A program made the position numbers and the translations under genes. From Candidatus Nanoarchaeia archaeon (lineage in GTDB: Archaea > Nanobdellota > Nanobdellia > Woesearchaeales > JAQUVJ01), in NCBI GenBank assembly GCA_028693395.1, contig JAQUVJ010000001.1, forward strand, positions 46,387 through 110,386: DNA of 64,000 nt. Reading direction: 5' to 3'. A model generated the notes under the pieces. That model was not told where the DNA came from. It was given only the letters and a program-made list of their open reading frames with translations, and did no database searches. Numbering within the stretch: the stretch's first letter is position 1; every line of letters starts with the position of its first letter. Shown here piece by piece: positions 11,026 to 21,794 of this stretch.

Positions 11026-11802
11026 ATGAATTTTAAAAAATATAACGGATACTTTTTTTCAGGGATTAAAAAATCATTAGAATTTAAATCAGAATTTTAT
11101 TCAATAATATTATTTAATGCAATTAAATTTTTTATAATTTATCTTGTGTGGAAAATGATATTTCCTTTTTTAAATGACCCTTTATTAAATTTCAATGAAA
11201 TAATTATTTATTATTTACTGTTTATAGTAAAAGATTCAATCCCTATTTATAATATCTCAAATGGAATAATTGATGAAATAAAAAGTGGAGATATTTCCGT
11301 ATCACTCTCAAAACCAATAAGTTTTATAAAAAAAACAACTTTTAGTAATTTTGGTTTGTGTTTTTTTAACATAATTTTTTCATATTTAGTTTTCATTATA
11401 ATTTCTATTATTTTTAAATTTAATTTGAATTATTTTTATTTAATTATTTATATTATTCCATTTTTTGTTTTTGATTTCATATTGAATATTATTTATGGAT
11501 TACTTGCTTTTTGGTTTGTAGAACCTTGGGGAATTAGAAATTTTATAAGAGGAATATTCTCAATTTTTGATGGATCCTTACTTCCGCTTTTCTTATATCC
11601 TGAATTTTTTCAAAATATATCAAAATTAACACCTTTTTATCATGGTTTTTATAGTTTATCACTTGCAACAATTGGGAAATTAAATACAAAAGAAGTATTT
11701 TTTTCAATTTCAATTCTAATGATATGGTCATTAATTCTTTATTGTATTTTAAAAATTATGTATAAATTTGGAATAAAAAAAATAGAGGGATTTGGAGGAT
11801 GA
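11026..11802 (+). CDS. ABC-2 family permease (ABC2_membrane_6/DUF990-like)
   Basis: About 6 TM; IKSGDI..L.KP, G.LLPL..YP, KKIEGFGG end; follows the ATPase. Confidence 0.8.
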   Translation: MNFKKYNGYFFSGIKKSLEFKSEFYSIILFNAIKFFIIYLVWKMIFPFLNDPLLNFNEIIIYYLLFIVKDSIPIYNISNGIIDEIKSGDISVSLSKPISFIKKTTFSNFGLCFFNIIFSYLVFIIISIIFKFNLNYFYLIIYIIPFFVFDFILNIIYGLLAFWFVEPWGIRNFIRGIFSIFDGSLLPLFLYPEFFQNISKLTPFYHGFYSLSLATIGKLNTKEVFFSISILMIWSLILYCILKIMYKFGIKKIEGFGG

Positions 11803-12581
11803 TAAAAAAATATTTAAATTTCTTTTGGGAAAATTTAAAAATTTCCTTTAAATCATTAGTAGAATACAAAGCATCATTTTTTGCTGGATTATTTACAGAA
11901 ATTTCTTTTTTGATATCAAAATTAATTATAATAATAATTATCCAAAATATTGGATTTTTACCAGATTGGGAAATAAAAGATTTTCTTTTATATATTGTTT
12001 TAATAACTTACTTTGATACTCTATCTGGACTTTTTTTATGGAAAGATGATTTAAAAACAATTCTTTTAGAAGGTGAATTTTCATCATATTATTTAAGACC
12101 TATAAATGCTTTTATTAATTATTCTTTAAGATTAAATAAATATTCTTTAGGGTTTTTATCATTAGATTTAACTCTTTTAATTTTTTTATTTATATATTAT
12201 AAAATAAATTTATTAAACATAATCATTATGTCTTTTTTTTCACTCTTCTTTTTATTTTTTATCATTTTATTTTATTTATTTATAGTTTCATTAGTTTTAA
12301 TTTCTTTTGGTTTTGAAAAAATAATTAATTTAACTAGATCTATTGATATAACCACTTATTCTTATCCTCCAATAATTTTTAAAAATACTTCATTAAAATA
12401 TATGTATATATTTACTATTAGTTTTTGGGTCTCATTTTATTCAATAGAAATATTAAAAGGAAATTTTAGTGTACTAAATCCATTTGTATTTTTATTTCTT
12501 ATTTTTGGAATAATTTTATTTTATTTTTTAAATATAATTATTTGGAAACATGCTATTAAAAAAAATGAAGGATACATTTAA
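11799..12581 (+). CDS. ABC-2 family permease
   Basis: ATGA overlap with the previous gene; EYKASF, GEF..Y.LRP, YP..IF. Confidence 0.8.
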   Translation: MIKKYLNFFWENLKISFKSLVEYKASFFAGLFTEISFLISKLIIIIIIQNIGFLPDWEIKDFLLYIVLITYFDTLSGLFLWKDDLKTILLEGEFSSYYLRPINAFINYSLRLNKYSLGFLSLDLTLLIFLFIYYKINLLNIIIMSFFSLFFLFFIILFYLFIVSLVLISFGFEKIINLTRSIDITTYSYPPIIFKNTSLKYMYIFTISFWVSFYSIEILKGNFSVLNPFVFLFLIFGIILFYFLNIIIWKHAIKKNEGYI

Positions 12582-12911
12582 AAAAAATCTTTATAAAATG
12601 TTAATACAAAGAAAATAAAAACAAATAAAAAATGAAAAACAAAAAATGAAAAAAAATAACAATAAAAATATAAAAACATAATAATAATAATAATAATAAT
12701 AATAAAATAATAATAATAATAATAATAACAATATAATAATAATAATAATAATAACAATAATATAATAATATAATAATAAATAGAATATATGAAAAACAAA
12801 TAATAATTTTATCAATAATCAAAAAAACAATTTTAATTATATATCTTATTATATAAAAATAAAACAAAATTTAAATATGAATAAATCAAATAAAAAAACA
12901 AGTGTGATATT

Positions 12912-14948
12912 ATGACAGAAAAAGAAAAGAAAATTTCTAATGATAAAGATAAAAAAACTAAAGTTGAAAATATAAAAAATGAAAAAAATAATGTTGAAAA
13001 AAAAAACAAATCAACTAATATCAAAAAAAAAGATATAAAAATAACAACTAATGATAATAAAAATAACAAAAGTAAAAATATTAAAAATAAAAAAACTGAA
13101 AACAAAAAAACTGAAATTAAAAATACTAAAAATACTAAAATTAAAGATGATAAAAAAAATAAAAATGAAGATCCACAAAATTTACTTAATGAAAAATTAG
13201 AATCATTTTCAAAAAAAATTCAAAATAAATTAAAAGAACAAATCTTAGGAATTGCTGTCATTCCTCCTTTTGATCAAATGCCTGATGATTTAAAAGAATA
13301 TATTCTTTCAAAATCTCAAACTCCTAATTTTGAAAAAAAAGAAGAAGTTTTAAAATTCATGGAAAATAAAATTCAAGTTTTAATTACAATAGATGATTCA
13401 ATCACTGAATTAAAAAATAAAAAAGATAAGATAATAAATAATGAAGAAGCATTAAACTTTATTATATCATTAAAAGAAAATAAAGATTTTGAAAACATAA
13501 ATCCTATATTTACAACAAAATTAGAATGGTTAAATAATTCTTATATCGGAGATTCATTTATTACAAGATTAATATCATTTTCAAATTTTATTTATGAAAA
13601 AGGATTTTTCTATTCTGGTATAAAAATCGGTGAAGTCCATAAAACAATGGTTTTAAAAAAATTTGAAAAATATATTGTTTCATACGTAATCATGGGATCT
13701 TTTATGCAAGGAACTGCTACTGAAAAAAGTGATTTTGATGTTATGATTATTGTAGATGATACCGATGTTCAAAAAATGACTCGATATGAATTAAAAGATA
13801 AATTACTTAACATGATTTATTCAATTGCATTTCAAGCAGGAGAACTTACAGGAATTAAAAACAAATTACATCCTCAAGTTTACATATTAACAGATTTCTG
13901 GGACTCAATAAAAAATGCAAACCCTGTAATCTTTTCAATGTTAAGAGATGGAATTGCAATTTATGATAGAGGACTTTTTTTGCCATGGAAACAATTATTA
14001 AAAATGGGAAAAATAAAACCAACAAGAGAATCAATAAATATGTTTAAATCACATTCTCATGATTTAATAAATAGAGTTGAAACAAAACTTAGAGATTATG
14101 TTTTTGAAGACATATATTATGCAATCTTAAATCCAATGCAAGCAGCACTTATGAGTTATGGTATAAATCCAACAACTCCAAGAGAAACAATTTCATTTGC
14201 TAGAGAATTTCTTTTTAACAAAGAAAAAATATTAAATGAAGAAACTCTTAATTTTTTAGATGAAATCAATAAACTACATAAAAAAATTGAATATAAAGAA
14301 GTTTCAAAAATTAGTATTGATGAATTAAAAAAAATTATTGAAAGTTCTGAAAAATACTTAAAAGAAATGGATAAAGTATTCAAAACATTAGATAAAAATA
14401 AATTAAAAGAAGATTATTATTCCTTATTTGATAAATTAAATGAAACATTAAAAGAAGCTTTAGAATTTAGATCCATTTCAACAAAAGATTTGAAAAAAGA
14501 CTTTGAAGAATCTTATATAAAAGATGGAAGTATAAAAGTTTCACAAAAAAATACTTTAGATAAAATATATAATCTTGAAACAAAAGCAAAAAATAATACT
14601 TTAACTGATGTTGAATTAGAATTCGTAAAACAATCATCATCAACTATAATTAAAGAAATTACAAGTGCAATAGGAAATGAAAAAATAAAAATATATAACA
14701 AAAAATTAAGAACAGCATCAACAAGTAATGGACAAATTAATTTTTGTCAAATAAAAAATTACATTTATATAAAAGAAAAAGATAATATTTTAAAGATATC
14801 TTTAACAAAAGATAATAAATTATCAAAAGAAACAATCATAAAAATAAATGAATTTGAAAAAACTATTAAAGAAAATGAAACAAAACCAATAAAATTCGAA
14901 GTTTTAGTAGAAATTTCAAATAAATTTAAAAACTTCGAACTATTATAA
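12912..14948 (+). CDS. Pol-beta nucleotidyltransferase + HEPN-like domain protein
   Basis: YVIMGS...SDFDVMIIVDD motif; HEPN-like EDIYYAILNPMQAALM; Lys/Asn-rich N-terminus. Confidence 0.75.
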   Translation: MTEKEKKISNDKDKKTKVENIKNEKNNVEKKNKSTNIKKKDIKITTNDNKNNKSKNIKNKKTENKKTEIKNTKNTKIKDDKKNKNEDPQNLLNEKLESFSKKIQNKLKEQILGIAVIPPFDQMPDDLKEYILSKSQTPNFEKKEEVLKFMENKIQVLITIDDSITELKNKKDKIINNEEALNFIISLKENKDFENINPIFTTKLEWLNNSYIGDSFITRLISFSNFIYEKGFFYSGIKIGEVHKTMVLKKFEKYIVSYVIMGSFMQGTATEKSDFDVMIIVDDTDVQKMTRYELKDKLLNMIYSIAFQAGELTGIKNKLHPQVYILTDFWDSIKNANPVIFSMLRDGIAIYDRGLFLPWKQLLKMGKIKPTRESINMFKSHSHDLINRVETKLRDYVFEDIYYAILNPMQAALMSYGINPTTPRETISFAREFLFNKEKILNEETLNFLDEINKLHKKIEYKEVSKISIDELKKIIESSEKYLKEMDKVFKTLDKNKLKEDYYSLFDKLNETLKEALEFRSISTKDLKKDFEESYIKDGSIKVSQKNTLDKIYNLETKAKNNTLTDVELEFVKQSSSTIIKEITSAIGNEKIKIYNKKLRTASTSNGQINFCQIKNYIYIKEKDNILKISLTKDNKLSKETIIKINEFEKTIKENETKPIKFEVLVEISNKFKNFELL

Positions 14949-14975
14949 ATCATATAAAATTATTATAAGATAAAA

Positions 14976-16190
14976 ATGGTAGCAAAAACAATTCCGGAAT
15001 CAAGAAATGCAGGAGCAGTTCTTGTAATATTTATTTTAGGATTAGTATTGATAATGTATATTTTATCAATTTCTCCTGAAGAAAGAGAAAATCTTTTAGA
15101 ACAAGATAGTATTAATTCTTATGATTTTAAAAAAGTAACTATGGGATACATATATCCTGATGATAGGACATACAAACATGAAATAGCACCTGTAAATATA
15201 ATAGTAAATAAAAATGATGAACAAATTTTTTCATATAAAAACCTAGAAATAAAACAAAGTATTTTTTATAAACAAGAATTTAATTTAAATACAACTTTAT
15301 TAAAAAATTTTGATTATTTAAATTTATTAATAAGTTTTAGCGAAAAAATTGGACCACAAGATGCTTATTTAATAGTTAATAATAAAGAAATCGAATTCCC
15401 AAACAATTTACCTGTTAAAAGTATTATTATTCCAAAAGAATATTACGAAGGAAACAATATTAATATAAAAATAAAATTTAAAAATGATTATTTGAATCTT
15501 TTTACAAAGAGATCATATAAAATAAATGAAGTTTCTTTAGTAGGAACTATTTTAGACAAAACAAGTAGTTCAACATCAAGAAGTTTTTCTCTAAGACCAC
15601 AAGAAGAACAATTTTTAGATACAAGTGTTGCAACATTTGTTGTTGCATGTAGTGAAGATTCTATTATAAACATAAAATTAAATGATTTTACTGTATTAAA
15701 TGAAGAAATTTCATGTAAAATGACAAGAAGTTGTAATACATATAATGGAAGTGAAACTTGTTTAGATTTACCTTTAGAAAAAGCATATAGTTTAGAATTA
15801 CCAAGACATGCTTTCAAATATAATCAAAATGAATTGATTTTTTCATTATTAAAAGGAAAAGCAAGTGTAAATAAATTTACTATATTAAATTCATTAAATT
15901 CAATTCCTATAAATACTTTTGAATTTTCAATATCAGATAGACTTCTTCCTAGTAATAATATAAATTCAAATTATAGTTTTTATCTTGAAGCTAAAATTCA
16001 AAATTATGAATCAAGAAGTAATAGTGATACTCAATTTGATTTGTATATTAATGGAAATAAAATGTTAGTTGAAACAACAACAGGTATTTTAATTCAAAAT
16101 ATAACTGAATATATTTCAAAAAACAATATCGTATGGATTGATAGTCCTGATACATTATATGTAGATTATATTAAAGCATATTTTGAATAA
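14976..16190 (+). CDS. Membrane-anchored beta-rich extracellular hypothetical protein
   Basis: N-terminal hydrophobic helix then ISPEERENLL; beta-strand-like body; 27 nt after the upstream gene. Confidence 0.6.
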   Translation: MVAKTIPESRNAGAVLVIFILGLVLIMYILSISPEERENLLEQDSINSYDFKKVTMGYIYPDDRTYKHEIAPVNIIVNKNDEQIFSYKNLEIKQSIFYKQEFNLNTTLLKNFDYLNLLISFSEKIGPQDAYLIVNNKEIEFPNNLPVKSIIIPKEYYEGNNINIKIKFKNDYLNLFTKRSYKINEVSLVGTILDKTSSSTSRSFSLRPQEEQFLDTSVATFVVACSEDSIINIKLNDFTVLNEEISCKMTRSCNTYNGSETCLDLPLEKAYSLELPRHAFKYNQNELIFSLLKGKASVNKFTILNSLNSIPINTFEFSISDRLLPSNNINSNYSFYLEAKIQNYESRSNSDTQFDLYINGNKMLVETTTGILIQNITEYISKNNIVWIDSPDTLYVDYIKAYFE

Positions 16191-16200
16191 TTTATTTTTT

Positions 16201-16323
16201 GTTTCATGAAACTATACTTATTTTTTCTCTTTTTTATTTTTAAATTATATCCAATTAAAACAAATAATAAACAAAATCTTCTATGCTTTATGAAATGTTT
16301 TATAAAATGTTTCATGAAACATT
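16201..16323. repeat. Cluster of GTTTCATGAAAC palindromes
   Basis: Perfect copies at 16201-16212 and 16309-16320 (extends to AATGTTTCATGAAACATT); degenerate tandem 12-mers at 16285-16308. Confidence 0.65.
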
Positions 16324-16516
16324 AAAACTACTTTAAAAAATAAGATTGTTTCATATATATTTCTTTAATATTTGTTACAAATAAAAAACAAAATATTAAT
16401 AAAAAATAAAACAAAAACATTATTAAATAAATAATTATAAAATAAACTGAAACATAATAAAATATAATAAGAATACAATAAAAACAATCAAACCAAAATA
16501 TTTATTAAAATATAAA

Positions 16517-17500
16517 TTACTTCCATGTTACATCAACATCATCAGTTCTTTCATATGGATCCATATATGCATGTTTTGCATCCATCTTAATACCTGATTT
16601 ATACATTTTATAACCTAAAATAGCAATCATTCCAGCATTATCCATTAAATATTGACCTTCTGGACAAAAATATTTTATATTTAAATCTTCACACAATTTT
16701 TTTGACATTTCTTGCAATCTTTTATTCATCGCAACACCGCCACCCAATACTAATTCTTTTATTCCAGTATGAGCAATTGCTCTTTCTGTGACTTCTAAAA
16801 GCATTGAATAAACAGTTTCTTGAATACTATAACAAATATCAGCTTTTGTTACACTTGGATCATTTAACAATCTCGTTCTTATATATGTTAAAATTCCTGA
16901 AAAAGAAACATCCATTCCTTTTACACTATATGGAAGTTTTATGAAATTTTGTGCTTTCAAAGATTCCTCATAAATTTTAGGACCTCCTGGAAATCCAAAT
17001 CCTAATAAATATCCTAAACTATCTAAAAAATTACCAATTCCTGTATCTAAGGTTTCACCAAAAACTCTATATCTTCCATTATTAAAAGCAATTATTTGAG
17101 TATTTGCACCCGATGCATACAATAAAAGTGGGTTCTCAAATTCTGAAAAGTATTTTCCAACTTCTAAATGAGCAATACAATGATTTACTGGAACTAATGG
17201 TACTTTAATCTTTTCAGATATAATCTTTGCAAACAATAATCCTATTCTTAAAGAATGACCAATACCTGGAGATGCTGAATAAGAAACGACATCTATATCT
17301 TTCAATTTTAATTCAGATTCTTTTAATGCTCTTTCTAATAACTCATAACACACTTCGATATGGTGATTCGCCATTTCTCTTGGAATTAATCCACCTTGCA
17401 ATGTTTTGTAGACATCTTTAATGTTAGATCTCACTTTTTTACCATCAAAAATAGCAATACCAAAAGTATGTGCTGTAGATTCAATTCCTAAAACAATCAT
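16517..17500 (-). CDS. kae1: tRNA t6A threonylcarbamoyltransferase Kae1 (KEOPS)
   Basis: LGIESTAHT, NHCIAHLE, SGANT, GETLD, GGGVA.N, DNAGMIA, RTDDV.V.W. Confidence 0.95.
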   Translation of the reverse strand: MIVLGIESTAHTFGIAIFDGKKVRSNIKDVYKTLQGGLIPREMANHHIEVCYELLERALKESELKLKDIDVVSYSASPGIGHSLRIGLLFAKIISEKIKVPLVPVNHCIAHLEVGKYFSEFENPLLLYASGANTQIIAFNNGRYRVFGETLDTGIGNFLDSLGYLLGFGFPGGPKIYEESLKAQNFIKLPYSVKGMDVSFSGILTYIRTRLLNDPSVTKADICYSIQETVYSMLLEVTERAIAHTGIKELVLGGGVAMNKRLQEMSKKLCEDLNIKYFCPEGQYLMDNAGMIAILGYKMYKSGIKMDAKHAYMDPYERTDDVDVTWK

Positions 17501-17521
17501 ACCAAGTAAAAATACATATAA

Positions 17522-17529
17522 TTTATAAA
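17522..17529. promoter_or_regulatory. Palindromic TATA box shared by divergent kae1 and DUF59 genes
   Basis: TTTATAAA lies 21 nt from ATG 17500 (-) and 21 nt from ATG 17551 (+). Confidence 0.7.
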
Positions 17530-17550
17530 TATTAACATTTGTTTCTTTTT

Positions 17551-17874
17551 ATGACACAAGAAAATAATAATTATAACAATAATAATAATGACAATAATAA
17601 ACTTTTATTAAAAAATAAAATTGCAGAAAAATTAGAAGAAATTTATGATCCTGAATTTCCTATGGATGTAATTAGTTTAGGATTAATTAGAGAAATTGAA
17701 ATTGATGATGATTTCAATGTAAAGATAATAATGACTTTAACAACTCCTCATTGTCCTTATGGACCGATGTTTATTGAACAAATAAAAGCTGAAATAGAAT
17801 TTTTAGAAGGAGTAAAGAAAATAGAAATCGAATTAACATTTGATCCTCCATGGTCTCCTGATATGATGAAATAA
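17551..17874 (+). CDS. DUF59 / SufT-like metal-sulfur cluster assembly factor
   Basis: IYDPE, LGLI, MTLTTPHCP, FDPPWSPDMM; ATG 17551 preferred over the track TTG. Confidence 0.9.
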   Translation: MTQENNNYNNNNNDNNKLLLKNKIAEKLEEIYDPEFPMDVISLGLIREIEIDDDFNVKIIMTLTTPHCPYGPMFIEQIKAEIEFLEGVKKIEIELTFDPPWSPDMMK

Positions 17875-18165
17875 TTATTTCTTTCTATATCTTTCTTTTT
17901 ATCATTTTATATCTACTATTTTATTTATTTGGTTTTTAATATTTCTATTATATTTATTATGTTCTTTTTTTGTGTGTTTTTTTGTGTGTTTTTTGTATTT
18001 TTTTTATTTTTCTTGTTTATTTATTTTTAATAATTATATTTAATAATTATATTTGATAATTTATATTTATAATTTATATTTAATATCTCAACAAAATTAA
18101 TTAATTAGTTGAAATTTTTTAATAAATACAAAAAGATTAATAATAACAGAAAAATTCTAATAAAT

Positions 18166-19359
<1,194 letters not shown>

Positions 19360-19379
19360 TTATAAAATTAATTATAAAA

Positions 19380-21545
19380 TTACATTCCCATTACACTTGA
19401 TGCTATATTTGAGAAAACTAAAGATAATATCAATCCTATTACGCAATACATAAGTGTTGCTTTTATTACACTTTTTGCTAAATATATTCTTCCTTCTACC
19501 TTATCTGAACCATCTTTTATTGAAGAATAAAGTACAGACAAAATAACTATAATTTCAACAACATAAACTCCAACAACTATTTGAAAAAAATAAGTCGGAA
19601 CTCCAACATCAAACATAGATGTCAAACCTCCAGCCATTCCATCAGTTCCCGCAAAATCATCCATGGTCTTAGTTAATGATAAAATTATCATTGATATCAT
19701 TGCAGTAATCGCAACAACAACAGATGTAATAACAGGTGCGACAAAACTAATCTGACTCTTTATGGTACTTAAAATATCACTCATTATATCCTTTAATCTT
19801 TCTTCTACTTCATGAATTCTTTTAAGATAATTCGATATATTAATCATAGCAAAAGATGAAGCAAGAGGACTTTTTTCAGACGTTTGAATTAAAATTTTCA
19901 TTGCTGTTTGTAAAATTGCAGAAGGATATCTATGAGCTGCACCATATTCTTCATCGAATATAGCATCTTTTAATCCCATTCCTAATTGATTAATGTTATA
20001 TGAAACATCTTTAAAAAATTCTCCACTAATTGTTCCATCGAGATTTTGGGCAATATTTTCAATCGCTAATTCTGTTGGTATTCCATCTCCAAGTCTATTT
20101 CCTAATTGATAAAGTGCAGAAGTAATATCACCATCAATTCCTTTACCTTTATCTTTTATTTTTTTTAAATTAATATTTTGTATATAATAATAAACTCCAA
20201 TTGCAACAGATATTCCTATTGGTATAAAATAACTTAAAAGTGTAGAAATCATACCAAATGGCCCTAAAAGAGTTCCTGATTTATCTCTTGCATAATCCAT
20301 CATCTTTAAACCTCCATAAGAAACTTCAAAAGATGGATTGATAGCATGAATAATTAAAGGTGAAAATCCTATTATAAAAAAGAAAATTAAAACAAAAATT
20401 GCTACTTTCATTGGAGTAATTTTTACAGTATTATTAGGATTTTTTTTGTCTTTTATTATTAATTTTCTTAAATCATCATATTTTGGATCATCAAAATCAG
20501 AAAAAGATCCTACAGCAATATTTCCTGTTGGTCTTGTAGATAAAATATCATAAACCAAATAAAAAATAATCAATGGTAAAATTACATCATAAAACGCAAA
20601 CAAATGATACCATCTAACTCCTCCCATAAAACTAACTGCTAAAGGTAGAATAATCATAGTAAGCATTGGTAGTATTACACCAAGCATCGTTACCATTGTT
20701 ATTGGAGAATGCAATTCTTGTGAATAATGTAGCATCTTTTCATAAGTTTCATTTAAGATTTGCTCTAAAGCTCTATCTAATAGATTTAATCTTCTTGTTT
20801 CATCTCCTTCATATAATGAACTTTCAATTAGATGAATACTTTCAATAAATTCTAAATTTGATTTTCTCCATTGTTCCAAATATTCATCAATTGCCACTTT
20901 TACTGATTGTTTTGCACCAGTTTCATAATTCCATACAATTCCCATTAAATCTAAAGAAATTGGTGGATCAATGTGATCTGCAGTAAACTTTAAAGCTAAT
21001 TCTAAATTAGAATTATGTCTCATATAAGTTGTTAAATAAAATACTGCCATTACCATTTGACTTGATGTTTTTATTTTCCATTGTTGAGCTAAATGTTTTG
21101 GGTATGTTGCTAATATAAAATAAACAAATCCACCAATAAGAAATGGAAGCATATACATTATTAAAGAACCCGTTGGAGCTACTAAAATTAATGATATAAA
21201 TCCTAATAAAATAGATGCAATAAAAGAAAAAGCAACAGTTGAACTTGGAGTTACATTTACTCTTGCAAATTTTAAATAATCTTCAATTTTTTCTTCTTTT
21301 TCTTTGGGTAAAGTTATATTAAACAACTTACCAGACCATTCACACCCTTTTATGTATAAATTTTGTTTTAAATTTGAAAATTGATTAATAAAACTTCTAT
21401 AATCATTAGTTATAACATCATTATAACCATCACTATCATTTGAATAATTAACTTTTGATCCACTATCTAATATATTAGAATTGTTTTCAAATTCTTTGTC
21501 TAATTTATTCGAATATTTTTGAATTATATCTTCGTAATTATCCAT
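19380..21545 (-). CDS. Type IV pilus / T2SS-F membrane platform (fused TadB-TadC/FlaJ-like)
   Basis: Multi-TM protein with two soluble T2SSF-like domains (NLELAL..., LYQLGNRLGDGIPTELA). Confidence 0.7.
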   Translation of the reverse strand: MDNYEDIIQKYSNKLDKEFENNSNILDSGSKVNYSNDSDGYNDVITNDYRSFINQFSNLKQNLYIKGCEWSGKLFNITLPKEKEEKIEDYLKFARVNVTPSSTVAFSFIASILLGFISLILVAPTGSLIMYMLPFLIGGFVYFILATYPKHLAQQWKIKTSSQMVMAVFYLTTYMRHNSNLELALKFTADHIDPPISLDLMGIVWNYETGAKQSVKVAIDEYLEQWRKSNLEFIESIHLIESSLYEGDETRRLNLLDRALEQILNETYEKMLHYSQELHSPITMVTMLGVILPMLTMIILPLAVSFMGGVRWYHLFAFYDVILPLIIFYLVYDILSTRPTGNIAVGSFSDFDDPKYDDLRKLIIKDKKNPNNTVKITPMKVAIFVLIFFFIIGFSPLIIHAINPSFEVSYGGLKMMDYARDKSGTLLGPFGMISTLLSYFIPIGISVAIGVYYYIQNINLKKIKDKGKGIDGDITSALYQLGNRLGDGIPTELAIENIAQNLDGTISGEFFKDVSYNINQLGMGLKDAIFDEEYGAAHRYPSAILQTAMKILIQTSEKSPLASSFAMINISNYLKRIHEVEERLKDIMSDILSTIKSQISFVAPVITSVVVAITAMISMIILSLTKTMDDFAGTDGMAGGLTSMFDVGVPTYFFQIVVGVYVVEIIVILSVLYSSIKDGSDKVEGRIYLAKSVIKATLMYCVIGLILSLVFSNIASSVMGM

Positions 21546-21658
21546 TAATTAAAAATACAATTTACAGTATTTAAAAAGTTAGTTTTCACTAATTAATTAA
21601 TACAGAATACTTTTGGAATAATAAAATATAAAAAATAAGAAAACATTAAATAAAAAAA

Positions 21659-21744
21659 TGTGGGGGGGAGGATTCGAACCCCCGAACTCACTAAGAGACA
21701 GGATCTTAAGTCCTGCGCATTTGGCCAGGCTTTGCTACCCCCAC
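21659..21744 (-). tRNA. tRNA-Leu(TAA), no encoded CCA
   Basis: GTGGGGG/CCCCCAC acceptor stem, CAGGA-CTTAAGA-TCCTG anticodon arm, long variable arm, TTCGAAT T-loop; TATA at ~21777. Confidence 0.95.
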
Positions 21745-21794
21745 AATAATAATCTAATTCTTGGATTGATAAATGCTTTATAAATATTTTGTTT

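Noticed and set aside
12578..13105. Several overlapping minus-strand ORFs rich in Y/I/L/F
   Set aside because: They are translations of (AAT)n and poly-A low-complexity DNA, or antisense to the NTase gene
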